Shown piece by piece: positions 1 through 57,276 of a stretch of DNA of 64,000 nucleotides. A program made the position numbers and the translations under genes. Source of the DNA: Euglena gracilis. Lineage: Eukaryota. The DNA lies in contig CP154954.1 in NCBI GenBank assembly GCA_039621445.1, forward strand, positions 45,983,847-46,047,846, written 5' to 3'. Each line of letters opens with the position of its first letter. Within the stretch, counting starts at the first letter, position 1. The notes under the pieces were generated by a model. It was not told where the DNA came from. It saw only the letters and a program-made list of their open reading frames with translations, and made no database searches.

Positions 1-494
1 CTTAAATCTGTTTTAAAAAAAACTGTTGCCTTAAACAGCAATACCGGGCCTCACCCCCTCCCCCTATACAAAACCAATGCTCTGAGGCGAACTGAATCTT
101 TTGGGGGTGATGCCACTGAACTTCGGACTGCCAGCATCTTCCCAGGAATAAGAGCAAACATCATAAAGAACGTTTGCCAGTGTGTCCTGGGGCGGGGGAC
201 CCAACTCCTTTTACAAATCCTGATGTGCTTGTGATGCCTCTCTCTGGCTCTTTTCCCTCTTCTTGGCCTGACCGCTGACCCGCACATATGCTCCTGTTGA
301 GCCTCCCCACCCTGCCCCAAAGCAGTTGGGGCTTTTGTCAGCGCTTCCAAACCACACAACTGCAAACAACCGTGTGGAAAATGCACACCACTGGAAAACT
401 CACTTGGTGGTTGGTCTCCAGAAAGGCGTGGAAAAGCCGAGTGTGAAAGACAGCGGGTTGAAAGTGAAATGCGGAAACACAGCGGGCCAGCCGC

Positions 495-47177
<46,683 letters not shown>

Positions 47178-49490
47178 CTGAGGTGGAACGAAAACAAATT
47201 TTTCAGCCAACAGGGTGACATTGGGAAACAGTGAAAAAAAAATGCAGTTCTCAGCAATGAAAAGTACCCCCTTTTGGCACTCCCTCACAAAACACCCATG
47301 GGACCCGGTTTCTCCTCAAGACCATTTGGCTTTCCACCAGAAAAAAGTCACTGAGTGGACCACCCGGGGGTTCCCCTGGCTGGAACGAACACTTCCTTCA
47401 GCGCTGTGAAAAAATGCACCAGCAGACTCCGACTTAAGTGCACGGGGCGATTGGACCACTGAGTAATGCCGTTGAGGGCGTGACACTGATTTGGGCACTA
47501 ACCAGGGGTTTTTTTTAGTCGTGGACCCCCGGAATTTTCTGGTGTCCACAGGTGAACCACAAAAATTTTTGTGGTGTCCACAAAAAATTTTGTGGTCCAC
47601 AAAAATTGATTGAGGATCGAAAAAAAGTAAAAATTACACCTAAAGGCGGATTGATCTTTAGACACCTCAGCCACATTGTGAGCCTTGGCCCCGGCTCAAT
47701 CCACGAAGCGTGGCAGTTGAAATTAGACAGATTGCTATCGAGAGTTCTCAAGCAGACGTGCTGTATAGAGAACTTACCCAACAAGGATACCATCAAAAAG
47801 TTGAGTACTGGCGACGATGAAGCGGAATTCCGCTTCATGGAAGCAGAAACACGCGACATTATCGTGGGGCTTTGGCATGGCTGCAGACATTGGGAGCATT
47901 CTGGGGCATTGTGGGATGTCAGTTGAGTGCCAAGTGCCTCAATGCCTGAAAAAGTGCCTGAAAAATCGACAATGCCATGTGCTTTGTTTTGAGGTAGGAG
48001 CCAGAAAGCCACTTCATTGCTATAGTGTCAGATCTTCAACTTGACCATTCAATGAAAGACCACATTCAGTAAAGTTTTTCATTCTGGTTTTTGCCTTTTT
48101 TGCACTATGAGATAATACCATCCCCCCCCCCGAGCTATTCCCCCCCCCCCCCGAGCTATTCCCATTGGGGGTACGGGAATAGCTCACTGTCATAGCACTT
48201 TTTATAAAGAACTTCCTAAGAAAGTGGTCAAAAATTGACGTTTTTGGACCATTTTCAAAAATCACCTTTTGGCAAATGTGCTCAAAATTGACCATTTTTT
48301 GCGAACATCCAAAAAAGTTGCCAAAAATGACCCCTTTTGGGGTGCTCGAGGGTCGGGTATGGGAATAGCTCGGGGGGGGACCTAGGTCCCCCCCCGAGCT
48401 GTTCCCCCCCCCCCCCGCACTGTTCCCATTGGGCCGTAAAGGGTCCCGGGGACGGGAATAGCTCGGGGGGGGGGGGGGCATGGTAATAATAATGTGAGAC
48501 GTTCTTCGTTGTTATTGGGATTGGAATATCGTTTGGTGATCATTGTTGATCATTTCAATTCATACTATTTTTGTTACGGATTCTTTCAAAGCGGTTTTCC
48601 GCTTCCTTTTTGGTGTGCAAACATTATGCAAATTTTTGCATTACATTCTGTATGATTCGTTGTGTTCAGTTTTCGTTGCACATCTCCTGCTTTTGAAAGA
48701 AAAAAAAACATTCAAAAAAAAAAAGACACCAGTTGACACCAAAAAAATAAAGACAAAAAAAAACCATTTTAGCACACACAAACAACAGACAATAATAAAC
48801 CACCAGAAAAAAAAAAAAAAAAGGGGAATGCAATATTTAGCGCTTCCATTTTTTAATTTTTCTGTTTCGTTCCTTCGGGGCCTACGGCAGCAGAAACAAA
48901 CAAACAAACTTATTTTTGTCGGTTCCTCCTGTTCATGTATTTTTTGATTGGTTTTGTTGATTTTACTAGAATTCGAAAAATAAGTTGGCCTTTTTAGGTC
49001 TGTTTTCGACTGTATAGGTCTCCTTTACTGTGAGCCAAACGTCCACCGGAATTGGCCAAAATCAGAACCTCTTCAAAAAAAATCGAAAATATGACCCTTT
49101 TTGGAAGTAGTTTTCCGCTTCCTCTTCTGTTTTTAGAGCACCAGAATTTTTGGCCAACTTACGCCGCCCGAGTCAAATATGTTCAAAGAAGATTGCTTCA
49201 TTGCTGTTGATGAGAAAGAAAATGATGCAAATGTCAGCAGGCGGTGGGAAATTTTTTGGTGTCCACATGTGAACCACACTACACAAAAATCGTCCATGTC
49301 ACCCGGACACACCGTGTGTCCGGGTTATGGGCGCCGAAGGCGCCCATAACCCGGGTACACGGTGTGTCCGGGTTACAATGGACGATTTTTGTCTATATCC
49401 GTTGACTAAGAGGCCCAAGACACACACTGTGTCTCGTGGAACTTAGCCACGCAATGTCTACCCCGTATTTTTTTGCGATTTTTTGTCAAA

Positions 49491-49571
49491 TTTTCAGTTC
49501 ACGAGGACACACACTGTGTCTCGTGGACTGCCAGTCCACGAGACACAGTGTGTGTCCTCGTGAACTGAAAA
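49491..49571. repeat. Perfect palindrome, 40-bp arms, 1-nt centre
   Basis: TTTTCAGTTCACGAGGACACACACTGTGTCTCGTGGACTG c reverse complement. Confidence 0.95.
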
Positions 49572-49698
49572 AATCAAGAATTCCCACTGGTCCGACCAAC
49601 AAGTGCCCCCCAATAACTTGGCTCAGAGCATAAAGGTTTCTCGTGGACAAGTTTTACCACATTCCACTACCTGTCCTTGCAGTTTTTTCTTTCGGAAA

Positions 49699-52033
49699 AT
49701 GAAGAAGACCGCAAACAGTGTGGACCGCATGCTCCCCCGACCCCCGAAACCAGATGAATTTGTTGCTACACTGGAAAAGTATTTGGTCGATTTGCAGAAG
49801 GGCGCTGCTGTTGACCCAGAACAGTGTTTTGGGCCAAGGTTTTAGGGGGGCCCAGGGGCGACCGCGGCGCCTTCGGCGCCGCGGTCCCCGCCCCTGGGCT
49901 CCCCCTAACTCTTGGCCCAAACACAGTTTTTGACACAATACACGGTACGTTGTTGGCCAACGTGTTGGAAGAGAACCCAAAATGGACCGCAAAGGCTGAG
50001 CGTGTTGCTGTTACACGCCTGTTGGAGTTCTAGCAGGCGTGTAAACCATCCGGGGGGGTAAGCAGGGAGAGGAGGAGGGGGGTTGGGGAACGAAGGTGGG
50101 TGCGAGGGATGCGGAATAAAAATTAGAGGAGATAAAATTGGATGGAAAGGAGAAACAGTATGAGGACCTGGATGGCTTTTTTTCCGCATGGGCTGGTTGG
50201 GTCATTGACCCCAGATATTTGTTTGATGAGGCTACCCTCATCAATCAAGCTGAGCAACAACGCCGGGCACAGTGTGGCACCACATTCAAATTCGAGACAT
50301 ACCTGCCTTCTACTGTCCGAGGTCATTTCAACTCTCTCGCACGGGTGTTCACATCTGTTGACCCGGACGGCATTCTGGTTCCATCTTCCAAAAAACAGTT
50401 TCCGCAACTGAACCGCCTCATGACGTCGGCTCTGTGTTGGTCAGTAAGGCGTAACGCTGGGTTACTCGTTACGTCTCCTCGTTGTCTGTTATGCCGTTCC
50501 GTGTCCCGACGACTATTGTTCCAAATTCGCGCCAACTGTCTCTCAGCTGTTACAGCTCACGGTTGTCCGGTGACCATCTTTCCACTGCCCTGCTGCATTG
50601 CATTAGATGTAGAACACCTCGCATTTCTGGCAAACACCTTTTATTTTTCAGTCCACGAACTTGCAGGCACAGCATCCCTCCAGTGGCGCACGCCGTCTGC
50701 TCCTCATGTGCCTTCTCATAGGCACTACGTCACATCACCATGAGGGACCACTTGTGCTTGGGTCTGACGTTTGGGATGGGGTGCTGGGTATGGAGGGGGG
50801 GGCTGGCTTTGCACGCCTTTCCTGTGTGTCACTGGTTTTGAAAGCTCCGGAGCGGAGCCTCGCTTCAACCCTTTCTGCCACAGATTACATTCTCCAGAAC
50901 AGCCCTCACAAACGATGTAAAATGGCTCCTCTCCGAGGCTGCATCAGGCACAAGAATGCGCACGTGCGCACTCTTGAGGCCATTCCTTCGCTGGCAGGCT
51001 GTGATTCTATCTGCAGGAGAGCAGGAGGGGAGCAGCGCTGGGCAACCACAAGAGTGCGCACCTGCGCATTTCGTGAGGGGGAGTGCGCAGGTGCGCATTC
51101 TCTGTGTCATGGGGAGCTGTGTCTCGCTCTCCTGAACCCAGTGCCAGCACAGCATTGTGGCAGGGCAACCCCCATGGTGCACTGCTGGCTTTTTTTGTTG
51201 ACGATTTCAGAGGCATCTCATTGCACAGTGGGTGACGCCAGAGCATGGCGTACGTCTCCCTGGCTGTGCCTCCACCTGGTGTGCTGAGTTGTTGGGCATC
51301 GCCCTGTGTGGCAACCTCCTACCAGGGTGCTTTAAGGGGAGACACTAGAAGGGAATGTGCATGTGCGCATTCACCCCGATGTGCCATGTTTGACTGCAGC
51401 CATTGCGGATGGGGTGTGTGGCGAAGGTGTGTGCATATGTGCTTTCCTTGGTCTTCACAGCGGCCAGGGGTTGTGTAGTTTGCAGTGCTGGAGCGTCGAC
51501 TCTGAGTACATGATAAAAAAGGGTTCTGTGTGGTGGGTGACGTTTGTTGCCAGCAAGGCCACAGGTGACCTCCCCTGCTGTGTTTCGCTCCAGGGCTGCC
51601 TCGACCTCGTACACCATTCGATCCTCACAGGGAGGTCTACACCTCAGCCGTGTGGTTTCAAACCCAGGCCAGGTGGGGGGAGTTGGCGTGGGTGGTGGCA
51701 TGCCCACCTGGGAGTGCAAATATTCGGCGGTGTGGCTGTAATTTACAGAAAGGCACAGGACGCTTTTTTGCGCATGTGTGCATTCACTGGCTTTTTACTC
51801 ATGCCATGAAAGGCTGCTGACCGCAATTGGGAATTAGGGTGCCCGTCACTGAGGAATTTCCTTGGGCACCAAAGTCCCTTTCTCATCCGTTTCCCCTTGG
51901 TACGACACAATGGAATGCACAGAAAAAGAAGGACGAAAAAAATTACTGGGTTTATCAGCAAGTTTTTGTTCTGATGTGCTTGTGCCTATCTCACAATCTC
52001 AAGGGCCTGGAGAAATTTTGGGGCAAGGACTGA
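49699..52033 (+). pseudogene. Decayed ORF, possibly a Crypton-type tyrosine recombinase
   Basis: Protein-like fragments broken by stops and frameshifts. YLPSTVRGHFNSLARVF...KQFPQLNRLM resembles, by eye, the Y.P.T+....SL.R...F..L segment of Crypton/DUF3504-related proteins. No search run. Confidence 0.4.
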
Positions 52034-54443
52034 CCAATGGTGTTCGCTTCTTTGAATCCATTTAGATTGTGAATTAATTCCGTGTTTACAGGCCGTTTTT
52101 GGGAATAATGCCGAAGGTGGTGATGGGCGTGTTTCGCTCTCGAGGTGCCAACCCCGTGAGCACTGTGTGTGGAACCAGACACAACCCCCTGCTTTGACCC
52201 TAATTGTGGGGCACAGTGCTCCTTGCACCGTGCACCGCAGCCCAACGTAAGGTTGTTCAGGGCGACCATTGGCTGTGTGCTGCCATGCACGCTCTGGGGC
52301 GTGGGGTCGGACAACGCTGGCATCAACCGGCCCATCACCTCCGCCGGGTGGGGGACGGTTGCACGTGCGTTGTGACGTGCTCCACACGTTCATGAGAGCA
52401 GCGTAGGCTGGGCTGGGCACTGGACTGCAGCGGCACAAGTCGAATGCGTAGGTGCGCATTCCGATTTGTTCGGTGACTTGACCTGCAGGGGGGGCAGTTT
52501 CCCTGTCAGTGAAGGACATGGATTCGTGCCTTGACACTTGCCGTCGCCGAGCCCAGGGTTTTCCATGCCGCTGCAAGTGTTGTGTTCCAGGGTGTGGTCT
52601 GGTACAGCGACATTGTTGCCCAGGGTGATTCTCCTGGTTCAATTGCCCCTCACACACCCATATTCTACAAGCCCGAAACCACATCACAGTGCACAACTCG
52701 GATTCAAGGTAGGCAAACAACAGGCCATACCCAGTGTGTCCTTCAACATCAATGCGCGTGTGCGCATTCCGCCTTCCCACAGCCTGTGTCCATTCCAAAA
52801 TGCGCACCTGCGCATTCTGTAAGGTTTCCAAAAAATGCGCAGGTGCGCATTCTTCGGCTTGGCACTCAGTGACACCCCCAATGTTTTGACCTTGGGAGGG
52901 CTGTGCCTCTCTGGCTGCAAGGAGTTCCTTCCTATGCTCATCCCGGGTTCGCCAGGCCCTGTCCCTGGGAGCCATCAGCACACATCGGTGAACACAAGGT
53001 GGCACACCCAGGTCCAGGTTGTCCTGTGTCGCCCGTGTTCCGCATGTCGTGCGGAGTTTGTCGAGTGTATGTCCAGCCACACACTGTTCCGCAATCGTCG
53101 GAAGGCAGTGGTAAACAGCGTGATACGCAGTTGAAACAGTATACCAGGGGGTGGTCCCTGTGGTCGTGTTAAATCCAAACAGCTCATTTTTGAGGTGTTC
53201 ACACCTAGTCTGGAAGAGACACACAACCCTTCAAAATGCGCACCTGTGCACTCCGCTTCCGAAATGCACGGATGCGCATTTTCACTAAAACTGCCAGAAT
53301 TTTGTGACTCAACAAGAAAAGTGCATTCCCGGCCGTCTAAGAGAGTGGGCCATATTTTTCGGCGGCAAAGGAGCCAAATTTTTTTGAAAAGGTGCTGTTT
53401 TTAGCATTTTTCACAAGTTTTGGCCATTTTCGGGGGGAAGTTAGTGTGTCCCCCGGGACCCCCCCGGGGGCCCCCCCAAGGGGGTGAGTGACCCCCCTCC
53501 CCCCCGGTCTTGAAAACCCCCTGGTTGGGGGTCAATGATAGAAATAAAGTTTCCCTCTGATTGCTGACGCAAAATTGTTTGTGGAAACATTTTTATTCTG
53601 GTCAAACAAGGCTTTGTGTCGAGATTTAAGGGAAACAACACAAATTTCCTCGGTGTCCACTCTTTTGAGTCACATTTCCATTTATGTTGCCCCTTTAGTT
53701 CCCCAAATCATAGAAATATCCATTGCCAGTTGCAATAACTCAGAGAATACTCTTTCCAGAGGGACTCGTTGGTATTCAAACCAGTACTCCTGCAGTCAAC
53801 ATAGAGTGGTCGTATGACAGGGGGGGGGGGATAGTTTGGCACACGTCAGCTGGGAGTCAGCATTCCACTGTCATTAATCATTTTGTTTTGGTGGCTCTTT
53901 GTTGCCGTCGATGGAATCCAGAGGCAAAGCTCTGCAGTGTATTTGTTAATGAAATGCAGGTATCCAGTGTGCAATTCCTGATTTTTTTTTGTGTCGTGCA
54001 ATATGTCTCACTCGTGTGTCTGTTGTGGCTATCGCTGGATGTTTGGGGCGTCTTTTGACAAAGTCCCTTTCGTTCCCTTTGGGGACAACAAAGCACTGAA
54101 GACGCCTAGTGGCCTGAAGCCGCTTGGAAAAGAATTTTATGCACATGATGACCTGCCAGTTTTTGGCGTTGTGGATGGCCACTGGTATCCAACGAGAACC
54201 GGGGCTCCGGTGCCTCAGGGGAGGGTTCGGAGCGTGCCTCTGCCCACATCGAGAAGCCGGACAAGACGCCATTGCCCCCCGGCTTTCAGGACGAGACCGA
54301 GGCTGCTGCGTCCGCCCTCCCCAAGGAAGCCCCAACCCCACCCACAGCAACAGGGGCGGCCCAGGTAGGCATAGTCCCCCACATCATATGAGTCGGCCGT
54401 CTCCCCCCCCCCCCCCGGCTGAACGGCGAGCCTGACCGTCTGG

Positions 54444-54741
54444 GTGGACCGCCGTCCCCCCACCCCCATCCCCTCCAGCCGTGCTGAGGGTCCCCGCACA
54501 GCCCAGCAGCCTCCCCAAGGCAAGACGCGGCAGCGGCGGCTGCGGAAGAGGGCGGAGAAGTGGTACATCGACCTTCGGCGGCGGGGCCGGTGGGACATTG
54601 AGGAGCGGGACCAGCTGCTGCGGCAGCGGCGGCTGGAGGAGCGGCAGCGGCAGGAGGCGGAGGGCGGGATCAGGGCTGAGCGGGAATCCCAGAAATGCTA
54701 TGGGTGGCGTGCGCATGCATGTGTGTGTGTGTGTGGTGTGT

Positions 54742-54785
<44 letters not shown>

Positions 54786-54874
54786 TGTGGGTGGGTGGGG
54801 GTGTGGGTGGGTGTGTGGGTGGGGGGGTGTGCGTGTTGGTGTGGTGTGGTGTGTTTTGTTGTGTGTGTGTGTGT

Positions 54875-54922
<48 letters not shown>

Positions 54923-55238
54923 GCGTTTGAGCGCGCGCGTGTGGGGGGGGATTGACACCAGGTTGTTCTGTACAGCCCTGGGGAGGACGGAGGCGGAGGA
55001 GGGGTGGCCGGAGCGGCGGCGGGCGGCGGGAGCGGTGCCGGTGTCGGGACGCCGTGCACGCCGGTCGACGGTGGACCCTGACCTTGTGTGGCTCACAGAG
55101 AAGGAGCGGAGGAGGCAGGAGCAGCTGGCGAGGCATGAGCATGCAACGATCCCTGAAGAGACAAGCAGGCGACAGCTACCTTCCTGGGCACCTCCGCACT
55201 TCCTGACTTCTTTATGGCTTGCTCTCCACCTGCCCTGA
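54444..55238 (+). CDS. Candidate exons of an unidentified gene or element, interrupted by a (TG)n-containing insert
   Basis: GC-rich Arg/Glu-rich frame either side of 54668-54985; product not recognised. Confidence 0.35.
54719..54925. repeat. (TG)n microsatellite, imperfect
   Basis: Direct reading. Confidence 0.97.
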
Positions 55239-55514
55239 GACACACAGTCATCTGAGCTCTTGGAGGGGGTGGATGACCTCGTCTTTGATTTGAGATTTCA
55301 TTAAGTCCGCCGATGGAAGGTAAGATCCGTCTCGGCTGGTAAATTTTTGCCAAAAGTTAAGGTGGTGAAGGTGGGGCCATATGTGAAGGTGGAGTTGGGG
55401 TGTCTGCCACCCTCTGAATGCCTTGCCCTGTGGCACTGACCTGTTTTTCCTCCGCAATATTTTTGGTACAAATCACCTTCATGTATCATTACCCACACTC
55501 CTCTCCATTGGGGT

Positions 55515-55911
55515 CAGGCTTTTGCTTAAGGGATTGCAGTACCCCCCGGGGGGGGGGGGCTGGGCTGAAGCTAGTCCAAATTTGGCCAGTGGGATTCCTA
55601 GCAGACCCCCCCGGGGGGGGGGTCTGCTAGCAGGGCTAGCTAGTGGAAATTTTTTTTCTGGTGACCAGAGCGAAGCGCCGGAATTTTTTTGGGGGGACCC
55701 CCAAAAATGGCCAAAAATGCCCGTTTTTGGCCATTTTTTGGGAATTTTTGGAACGAAATCAGCCAAAAACCTCTTAAAAACCTCATTTCCACCTGGGGGG
55801 ACCCCGGACCCACCCCTGGGGGGGAGGGGGGGTCCTGGCTAGTCCATTTTTTCCAGTGTCCAGCCGATTAGCTAGCCAGTACCCCCCCCAGGGTCCTTAA
55901 GCAAAAGCCTG
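55515..55911. mobile_element. hAT-like MITE
   Basis: Perfect 17-bp TIR CAGGCTTTTGCTTAAGG; TSD ATTGGGGT/ATTGGGGC (7/8). Confidence 0.85.
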
Positions 55912-56787
55912 ATTGGGGCGTTGGTCGTGGCCAGTGAATAGCAAAAATACCTGCTTGGGCCCCAGGGGTGTGGCAGTCCAACAGGATAAATGGTCGGTGG
56001 AAACAGCTGCCGGCTGCTGGGGATTGCGGAAAAGGCAAGCCGCAGCTACCTCGCAGTCCCAAACATACTATTGCTTTATGTCTATCCCCCCACCTGCCGT
56101 GACAAATCCTTCTGCAAACCCTGAATGGATTTGGCATCCAGATTCTTTATGTTGGGCTTGGGACGTTGAACTCCTCTGGGCATTCCAAGTCTTTGAAAAA
56201 AAGTGCATTTTTATACTGCACCGAGTGGTAATGGAAGCCAGCGAAGTACCCCCCCCCCCTAATAAGTGCCAGTGCCCTAATTGTGTGCAGTGCCCTAATA
56301 AGTGCGCACCCCCAGGGGTCCTACTTCCTAAAAAAGTACCTCCCTAAAAAGTGCGCACCCCCCCCAAAGGAGAAATTACTGCTACATCTCATGTCAGAAA
56401 GCACACACAATTCTCAGAATTGTCTTTCTCAGACCAACTATTTCTATCGTCCAAGCCCAAATTTGACACATAATCACTTGACTCATTGCTTGAAATCGTA
56501 AAATAGGGGGGAAATTGAAAAAGAGCGGGGGAAATATGAGTATTTTCGACTTTGTCCTAAAAAGTGCGCACTGCCCTAATAAGTGCACACCTCTTGGGGT
56601 CCGAAACTACGTCCTTAAAATGCGCGCACCCGTGCACTTATTAGGGGGGGGGGAGTTATGTTGCAAAACCCACACAGTTTGAACCCCAAAACCTTCTTGT
56701 TTGTCGATGCTTTGGAAGTGAACTCTGAAGTTTGCATAGTTCCCAGTTCAATTGAGGAGGTTATGGTGTTCGCTTAGGGTTGAGGGG

Positions 56788-57276
56788 CAGAGAATTTCTT
56801 AAGCCAGACCCCACCCTGCCCCCAAAGGGGAGGGGTCCAGCCAGCCAGCCAGCCAGCACATTTTTTCCAGCAAGCAGCTCCCAGTCGCCCCCCCTCCCCC
56901 CGGAGGTCGAGCGGAAATAAAGTTTTCGCAGCCTGGCGAATCCGGGCTGGATCGAAAATTTTTTGACATCAAGCGCCGAAAATTTTTGAAAGAAAATGGG
57001 TCAAAAATGGCCCAAAATGGCCATTTTTGGTCCTTTTTGTGTTTTTTTTTCACCTCAAAACTTTGGCAAAAAAAAGTCCAACTCAGCTAGCTGGATTTGG
57101 GCTTTTTTTGGCTGTTTTCGGGTGCAGCCGGGTCCAGCCCAGCAGGCGGTAGGACCCACCCCCCTGGACCCCCCGGGGGGGGGAGTCCAGCCAGCACCTT
57201 TTTTCCAGCCAGCGCCATTTCCCAGCTGGCTGGCTGGACCCCCCCTCAAGTCTTTAAGGTCTTCAAGAAACTCCTG
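56788..57276. mobile_element. hAT-like MITE
   Basis: CAGAGAATTTCTT / AAGAAACTCCTG; TSD TTGAGGGG/TTGATGGG (7/8). Confidence 0.7.

Noticed and set aside
50031-50175. Another CAG/CTG-rule intron hiding the TAG at 50031
   Set aside because: Removal does not restore the frame and the ends pair poorly; mutation of a dead ORF is the simpler explanation.
51986-53224. 412-aa minus-strand ORF as a gene
   Set aside because: No recognisable domain; the recurring AQVRIL/AHLRI peptides are translations of the DNA palindrome.
54384-55243. His-Thr or Val-Cys repeat proteins
   Set aside because: These are translations of a (TG)n microsatellite.
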